IMG/VR virus record: IMGVR_UViG_3300017989_000330
Direction: 5' to 3' (one strand)
Length of the DNA: 29,909 nucleotides
Source: a virus
Under the pieces are notes generated by a model. The model saw nothing but the letters and a program-made list of their open reading frames with translations, was not told the DNA's origin and searched no databases. Below, one piece after another: positions 24,066 through 29,909 of this stretch. The position numbers were made by a program, and so were the translations under genes. Positions within the stretch are counted from its first letter, which is position 1. Each line of letters opens with the position of its first letter.

Positions 24066-26658
24066 TGTCTTTTAAATATGGCAGAACAGGATACGGTACT
24101 TGAGTTTGATGATACCATTTTCCCCATACTTTGGTTTTTTTGGGCCACGGTAAAAACGATACTGTTATTTCAGAATGTGGAACTTTGGTTGTAATTTCAT
24201 CAAGAGAATCTTGTATATTTTGTATACCTAAATAAATAATTTTTTCTTGAGTATAAAAATACCCATATTTTATCGCATCATAACATGTGGTTCGTAACAA
24301 ACAAAAGGAAATGTTTTTTGAATTTAATTCGTTCACAATAAAATTATAATTTTCTAACATTTTCTCTGTTATAGTTTTTTCTTGAGATGTTTGTATTGGC
24401 AACTTAATGGGTTTCTTCTGAATAAAATACTTTTTTATATGACGCTTAAAAATCTTTTCTCTTTTTTCCAAGACATCATCAACTAAAAATCCCTTAACAC
24501 TTTTATCGTAATCTTTATATATAGTAAGATTATCTTTCATAAACAAAATCGTTTTATAAATTGAATAAATTGAATTAGGATTAAATAATTCTCCATTGAT
24601 ACCCGACTTAATATAAGTGTTCATTGGCGATAAATTAGAAGTTGCTACCGGCGTGTGTGTCAACCACGATTCAAACCAAACTAATCCCTGTCCTTCGTAA
24701 ATGGATGCTAAAAGAAAAATATCCGATTCGTTGTAAATTTTATTTGCTTCAACTGCATTAACCACCCCACGATGATCAATAGTTAAATTGTTAGTTGCAA
24801 ACGACATCAAATCATAAGTTTTATTTGTAGCAAAATCAATAATTGTTTCTGTTTTACTCCCTGCTACAATCCATCTAATCGATGTTTGTTTTGATACTAA
24901 TTGCAGAGCTTTTGCTGTATTGTACCAATTTTTTGAAGGCGTCATTCCTCGTCCTAATGTAGCAACTACTAATTCTTTGTTTTGGGATTTCTGCGGCAGT
25001 GGATAAAACACATTTGGAGACAATCCAATAGGTACAACTTCTAATATCTCGTTTGCGCACGTTTCTTGACAAATTTTTTTCACAGCATCTGAAATACAAA
25101 TAACTAATGTGCATCGAGCCAACTGAGATAATCGTAAATTTTTTGTACTTACGGGCATGGCGATTAGGGGTAAATTTAATTTCTGACATATCGAAACACA
25201 CGAATCTAGTTTTTTTGTTTCACAATTCCAAGTAAATACAAAATCAATGTTGTTTGATTTTAGAATTTTTAAAAAATCTAAATCATCTTTACAATCATAC
25301 ACATTAAAATTTTTAAAAGTATAATTTTTAGTTTCGTGTTGATTTAAATTTATAACAATGTTTTCGTGCTGGGGAAAATAATTAAAATAATGATTATACC
25401 GTTCATCCGACCACCCTTTTATTTGTTCATAAACTTCTATTTTATCCCATGCAATAACGGCGTATTTCAATTTTCTTTTCTCCTGATTTCTGATGTCTCT
25501 TGTATAGGTTGTTCTTATTTTTTCTTTCTCATAAAATATTTGATAACCCTTCGTTCGATTATTTTGATAATGATTAGAATAATAAGTGTTATCTGTTTTA
25601 GAATTATGTTGACACTGCACATTAGCTGTATAAGCAACCTTCCAATGAGAATCTCTAACCTTGAGAAACCAGGGAACGTGTTCTCCAAACTTTAATTCAT
25701 CGTGCCACTTGATTTGAGTTAACATTTCGGTTCGTGCTAAAAAAAAGTTTGTTACACAATCCGCAATACAATACGTGACATTGTTTTTTGTTGTAAATTG
25801 AGTTTTAGTATCAATCACATAATCGTAATAATCTTTTTGTTTATACAAATCTAAATATGGAAATCGATTTGAAAATTGTCCGGCGCACAGCCCAACGGTT
25901 TTATCATTCAACAGAACTGATTCTAATGTTGAAAAAGGACATTTACTATCAAATACCGTATCGTCGTCGCAAATAAAAATGTAGGGCGAATCAACTTTTC
26001 GAATAAGACGATTTCTTGTGTTAGCTAATCCAGAATCATAGGGAACGTTAAAATAGACGTGACCTGTTCGTGTTAAAAAGTTCTTCAAAAATTCGTTTGT
26101 GTATTCGCTTTGATCTCCAACATAAATTTTATACATTCTTTCATCTGAACATTCATAAAGACTTTTAACTAAATCAATTATTTTCTCTTCTCGATACAGC
26201 ATAGGAATCACAACAGTAATCTGTCGATAATTTGAATTATGAATCAAATTGTCTTTTGAATAAAAACCAGAAGAGCGAGGAATAGAGATGTTCTTTTCTG
26301 TAGATTTCGTTGAGAAAATTTTACCGGCGATTATAAATTGTTGTTCTACAGTTTTTTGTTTACTAATTTTATGCTTGACATAATCATAAAAATATACTTT
26401 ATTCTTTTTTTGTTTAATAAAATAAATACCTACCATTTCGTCACCTGACCAAATCTCTATTTTTCTTCGCCAAACTTTATGTACAGTATTTTTAACAAAT
26501 TCTCTGACTTGCCAATAATACTTTTCGTGAACAGCAATAAAATTCTTTTCGTTTAATTTTTGCCCATTATTTAATTTATCTGCCGTGTGAAAAACCGCAC
26601 AAAAGGGAATTTTTTCTTCACTAAATGAATTTGTCACTTGATAAAAAAACATTCTCAT
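24049..26658 (-). CDS. Multidomain glycosyltransferase (GT2 + GT4 + C-terminal LicD-like remnant)
   Basis: GT2: VVIP...DSGLANTRN...FICDDD. GT4: SDIFLLASIYEGQGLVWFES..THTPVATSN. Confidence 0.8.
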   Translation of the reverse strand: MRMFFYQVTNSFSEEKIPFCAVFHTADKLNNGQKLNEKNFIAVHEKYYWQVREFVKNTVHKVWRRKIEIWSGDEMVGIYFIKQKKNKVYFYDYVKHKISKQKTVEQQFIIAGKIFSTKSTEKNISIPRSSGFYSKDNLIHNSNYRQITVVIPMLYREEKIIDLVKSLYECSDERMYKIYVGDQSEYTNEFLKNFLTRTGHVYFNVPYDSGLANTRNRLIRKVDSPYIFICDDDTVFDSKCPFSTLESVLLNDKTVGLCAGQFSNRFPYLDLYKQKDYYDYVIDTKTQFTTKNNVTYCIADCVTNFFLARTEMLTQIKWHDELKFGEHVPWFLKVRDSHWKVAYTANVQCQHNSKTDNTYYSNHYQNNRTKGYQIFYEKEKIRTTYTRDIRNQEKRKLKYAVIAWDKIEVYEQIKGWSDERYNHYFNYFPQHENIVINLNQHETKNYTFKNFNVYDCKDDLDFLKILKSNNIDFVFTWNCETKKLDSCVSICQKLNLPLIAMPVSTKNLRLSQLARCTLVICISDAVKKICQETCANEILEVVPIGLSPNVFYPLPQKSQNKELVVATLGRGMTPSKNWYNTAKALQLVSKQTSIRWIVAGSKTETIIDFATNKTYDLMSFATNNLTIDHRGVVNAVEANKIYNESDIFLLASIYEGQGLVWFESWLTHTPVATSNLSPMNTYIKSGINGELFNPNSIYSIYKTILFMKDNLTIYKDYDKSVKGFLVDDVLEKREKIFKRHIKKYFIQKKPIKLPIQTSQEKTITEKMLENYNFIVNELNSKNISFCLLRTTCYDAIKYGYFYTQEKIIYLGIQNIQDSLDEITTKVPHSEITVSFLPWPKKTKVWGKWYHQTQVPYPVLPYLKDIGKDL

Positions 26659-27548
26659 CTATTTATCCTCGCAATATGTCCAGAGAATCTATTTCGTTTA
26701 ATCATTACGTTCGATGTATTATCAACTATATTTGTATCCTCATAAAAAACAGAGTTTTGGCATTTAGTTTTTAATGTTTGTTTATTGCAGGTTAAATAAA
26801 TCGGATGGTCAATTACTATTCTTATTGTAGCATTACACATCAAAACTTGCCACATATCGGTGATTTTACAGGGGATTGTCTTTAGATGCAAAATAAACGG
26901 CTCTATGGTATCAGTATAAGTTTTATCAAAATACAAATTATACATTTCTTTTGGAAGTTTATTTATAATCCATTCTAAAGCATCAACATTTTTCTGATCA
27001 ACAACAATAGCAAATTGTCGATAATCCTTACAAACATTTTCGGCGTCGTTCCAAGTCCAAGTCGGATTTGGTATTTTCCAATCGCCATAACGTCGATATA
27101 AATGAGCGTCGATGTTTTTTGGTGCATTGAATGTGGAATTGTAATATGTTATTTTTTGAAGAGGAAATATTTCTGATTTTAAATATTTGGCGTTTCTTTC
27201 TAAATCATGTCTGCCGGAAAATTTATTCATAACATAATCGTGAAGAAATAAAAAATTATCTGCTTCAGAATAACAAAAGAAATCAATATGAAACTTTGGA
27301 TTTTCTTTGTCATAGATTGCAATTTCACCATGCCAAATTGCCTTGAATGAAATTCTTGAATCGTTTTTACATAATTCTAAAATGGTATAAAAATCTTTTA
27401 AAAATACACCAAAATCACAATCAACTTCATTGTGCTGAAGAATGTCACCCCTTCTGTATTCTAATAAATTTCCAGTATCTAACCAATAAACAATATTATT
27501 ACTTTCTAATAAATTTTTTATATAGACAACAAAATTTTTACTATCCAT
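26655..27548 (-). CDS. LicD-family nucleotidyltransferase-fold phosphotransferase
   Basis: YWLDTGNLL..RRG.......DCDFG and FNAPKNIDAHL.RRYGDW match the LicD pattern, with divergence. Confidence 0.7.
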   Translation of the reverse strand: MDSKNFVVYIKNLLESNNIVYWLDTGNLLEYRRGDILQHNEVDCDFGVFLKDFYTILELCKNDSRISFKAIWHGEIAIYDKENPKFHIDFFCYSEADNFLFLHDYVMNKFSGRHDLERNAKYLKSEIFPLQKITYYNSTFNAPKNIDAHLYRRYGDWKIPNPTWTWNDAENVCKDYRQFAIVVDQKNVDALEWIINKLPKEMYNLYFDKTYTDTIEPFILHLKTIPCKITDMWQVLMCNATIRIVIDHPIYLTCNKQTLKTKCQNSVFYEDTNIVDNTSNVMIKRNRFSGHIARINR

Positions 27549-28089
27549 TATCATTCTCCAAATCTTCATAATCAAAAATAACACCCTTTAATCGTAAAAT
27601 TTTATAATTATTTTCGCTGGCTATTTTATAACAATATTCTTTGATCAATTCATAAACATCTTGATTGTTATTCACATTTGCACTTAAATCTTCTAAATCA
27701 ATCATAAAAGTGTCTGTGTTGCAGGCTTTCATTATTCGTTTTAAATTTTTTATACCTTTAGCCGATTCTATTTTAGGAATAATCTTAATACTTGATTTAA
27801 GAGTGTCTCGTAAATTTTTTAACAAAACATCAGATTCGGCATTACTAATAGCAAAAAATAAAATTTTGTCCGAATGTTTGTTAGCAATTTTTATAGCTTC
27901 ATCTAACGAAAATGTCGCTTTCGGAATCTTTGTGCGACCAAACGGATAATCAAAAAAGATTTTTTTAGTACATTTTGCTATTGCTTTTTCGACTTTATCG
28001 AATGTATTTTCCCATGCCAAGTTTATTCGAATGATAGTGTTGTTTGGAAGTTCTGAAAATAGAGAAGTTGCATTATTTGATAGAATCAT
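27541..28089 (-). CDS. Pyruvate kinase/HpcH aldolase-like barrel protein (minimal)
   Basis: IRINLAW and IIPKIESAKGIKNL resemble PK RLNFSH and IIAKIE. Confidence 0.6.
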   Translation of the reverse strand: MILSNNATSLFSELPNNTIIRINLAWENTFDKVEKAIAKCTKKIFFDYPFGRTKIPKATFSLDEAIKIANKHSDKILFFAISNAESDVLLKNLRDTLKSSIKIIPKIESAKGIKNLKRIMKACNTDTFMIDLEDLSANVNNNQDVYELIKEYCYKIASENNYKILRLKGVIFDYEDLENDNG

Positions 28090-28342
28090 GTTTACTCACC
28101 TTCCAATAAATTGTTAAATAAAAGATTGCTATTAGTCCCGAGAGAGTGTATTTTAAAATTAAAGGTGGTTGTGTTATTAAAATTGCATAAATTAGCGCAA
28201 TAATGTTACCAATTAAAAACAAAACATACATTTTTGCACTTACCCCTTCGACCGTTTTGGTTTTTATTGTTTTTATTATTTGAGGTAAAGGCATTACGAG
28301 AAAAATTAAGGTAGCTACCCATCCTAAAATTTGCACAATCAT
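28073..28342 (-). CDS. SemiSWEET/PQ-loop transporter (89 aa)
   Basis: LPQIIK..KTK...GVS motif; three TM helices; ATGA-coupled start at 28342. Confidence 0.8.
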   Translation of the reverse strand: MIVQILGWVATLIFLVMPLPQIIKTIKTKTVEGVSAKMYVLFLIGNIIALIYAILITQPPLILKYTLSGLIAIFYLTIYWKVSKHDSIK

Positions 28343-28737
28343 TTTTGTTTTATCCTTTGAATGATGTCGGATGTAGAAATGTGAGGCGTTCTTTCCAATA
28401 TACAAATAGGTATTTTTAATTTAATTGCCGTTTCGTCTGAAATATGATTTTGATCAATTCCTTTAATAAAAACTTGAGGTTTCAACTCTATTAAATTTAC
28501 TGACGGATTAAATGTAGCTTGAGGAACAATTCGACAAGCAATCCCCAATTCTTCTACCCAATCTCTTCGTTCTGCATAATTTAAAATAGGTCGTTTCTTT
28601 CCTTTTTGTTTCTGAATAGCATAATCCATAACAATACCAACAACCAATCGATTACATTTTTTTCGAGCATTCTTTAAAAAACGTATATGCCCTATATGCC
28701 CTAAATCAAATACACCGCAACAATATCCTATTTTCAT
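28339..28737 (-). CDS. TagD-like cytidylyltransferase
   Basis: GVFDLGHIGH (HIGH motif) and RTPHISTSDI; SD GAGGA. Confidence 0.85.
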   Translation of the reverse strand: MKIGYCCGVFDLGHIGHIRFLKNARKKCNRLVVGIVMDYAIQKQKGKKRPILNYAERRDWVEELGIACRIVPQATFNPSVNLIELKPQVFIKGIDQNHISDETAIKLKIPICILERTPHISTSDIIQRIKQK

Positions 28738-28754
28738 AATTTCCTCAAATTTCT

Positions 28755-28892
28755 TTATTCTAGCCACATTTGATATAGTAGTTTTATTTCTTTCCAATTA
28801 AAATTTTCATAGATTAAATAATAGACTGCTACAGGAACTAAAAATAACGAAAAAATTAAAATAAGTGCTATTAATAAAAAAATTCTTAACAT
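28755..28892 (-). CDS. 45-aa membrane peptide (not in ORF track)
   Basis: TAATG-coupled; MLRIFLLIALILIFSLFLVPVAVYYL hydrophobic helix. Confidence 0.45.
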   Translation of the reverse strand: MLRIFLLIALILIFSLFLVPVAVYYLIYENFNWKEIKLLYQMWLE

Positions 28893-29209
28893 TATTTCTT
28901 TTTTAACTGTTCTTTTTGACGTTCAATACTTATTAGTATTACATCAACTTTTTTGGCATAATGTTCAATTATTTCTTTACTGAATTTTCCATTTTTCGTT
29001 AATTCTTTTTGCCATCTTCTGCGTTGATGTCGATTTAAATTAGATTGTTCTTTTTCAAGTTCCTTACTAACGTAATTTAAAAACATACTACCTTCTCGAA
29101 GTAAAAGATAATATCTTTCCATTTTTTCTAGTTGTACTTTTTGTGCCTTTTTTTGTTTTTGTCTTTGAATAAATGCTTTGATTTTTTTAAACATTGTTTC
29201 TCCTTTCAA
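28892..29209 (-). CDS. Hypothetical basic protein (105 aa)
   Basis: Coupled ORF in the operon. Confidence 0.6.
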   Translation of the reverse strand: MKGETMFKKIKAFIQRQKQKKAQKVQLEKMERYYLLLREGSMFLNYVSKELEKEQSNLNRHQRRRWQKELTKNGKFSKEIIEHYAKKVDVILISIERQKEQLKKK

Positions 29210-29451
29210 ATTTCCAGATAATATCTAAAACCTTTCGTATCTCTATCCCAACGTACTGCAAGTCGACCACTTTCTGACCATCCTTTACATTTAAATGCAC
29301 CTTTCTCTAAATCTTCTATCGCTTCTTTTATTTCTTCATAAGTGGGAACAGATTCCTTGTGCTTTTCTATATTAATCCATTTCCAGTTTTCACATTCAAA
29401 AATACGAGCAAGTAATCCAATTTTAGCCAAATTCTCATAATTATTTATCAT
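29206..29451 (-). CDS. Hypothetical protein (81 aa)
   Basis: Coupled ORF in the operon. Confidence 0.6.
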   Translation of the reverse strand: MINNYENLAKIGLLARIFECENWKWINIEKHKESVPTYEEIKEAIEDLEKGAFKCKGWSESGRLAVRWDRDTKGFRYYLEI

Positions 29452-29850
29452 GTTTCTTTGGTCTCCCTCTTTTTTTCTTTTTTATAATAACTTCTTCTTT
29501 TTTCGAAGAAGATTGATTAGTTAGAATAATTGGCTTTGAAACGCTTTCAACAACTTCTTCTTTGTGTGTAATCCAAAAAATTTGACGCTTTGTATCTTTT
29601 TGCATTTCTTTTATAAATTCAATCATTTTCTTTAAAGTTTCTGGAGAATCTAAATGTTTTTCGGGTTCGTCCAGAAATAAAAATCCTGGCATTTTTGAAA
29701 TTTCGAGTAATACTAATCTTAATGCTAAAGAAACGACATCACAAGTTCCTCCACCACGACAATCTAAAATGTCATGCGATTCTTGCATGTCTGGTGTTTT
29801 AACATTAAATTTCAATGTAGGAATGTTTCCATGTCTATCAAACTCAAGAG
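29441..29850 (-). CDS. Rad50/SbcC (gp46-like) ATPase, C-terminal part
   Basis: GGG..D..SLALRL signature, Walker B FLFLDEP, H-loop WITH. Confidence 0.85.
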
Positions 29851-29909
29851 CTAATTAAAGAGATGTTTGAACAAATTACAACAAATGCTTTAAATTATAT
29901 TCATCAAAG

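Noticed and set aside
28684-28701. 9-nt tandem repeat TATATGCCC x2
   Set aside because: It simply encodes GHIGHI of the HIGH motif.
1-29909. Alternative genetic code (stop reassignment)
   Set aside because: Genes are long and tightly packed under code 11, and TAA, TAG and TGA all end genes, TAA and TGA often in start-stop overlaps.
1-29909. tRNA, rRNA, CRISPR array, integrase/att site
   Set aside because: None recognised by eye; a covariance-model scan was not possible.

Overview
AT-rich segment of a tailed dsDNA bacteriophage (siphovirus-like: tail tube and tape measure, no sheath), with no host genes. It uses genetic code 11, Shine-Dalgarno starts and a consensus sigma70 promoter. Plus strand 1-17739 is the virion module: 5'-truncated protease/scaffold, major capsid, neck genes, tail tube, chaperones, tape measure, tail tip, a LamG-hub protein and a paralogous family of tail-end proteins. 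Minus strand 17723-29909 is a converging operon: the C-terminus of a Rad50/SbcC ATPase, a glyco-modification cluster (TagD-like cytidylyltransferase, SemiSWEET, pyruvate-kinase/HpcH-like barrel, LicD, GT2-GT4 fusion, SAM methyltransferase, second GT2), a permuted NlpC/P60 protein and a C5 DNA methyltransferase invaded by two HNH genes. Most unusual: (1) one HNH sits wholly inside the methyltransferase in another frame while the methyltransferase frame stays open for 198 extra codons; (2) methyltransferase motif I is present twice and is broken by a stop plus 7 nt that a Gly-to-Gly ribosomal hop would repair exactly; (3) a four-gene set looks like a non-homologous analogue of the licABCD pathway. 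All product calls come from motif recognition and gene order; no database searches were run.
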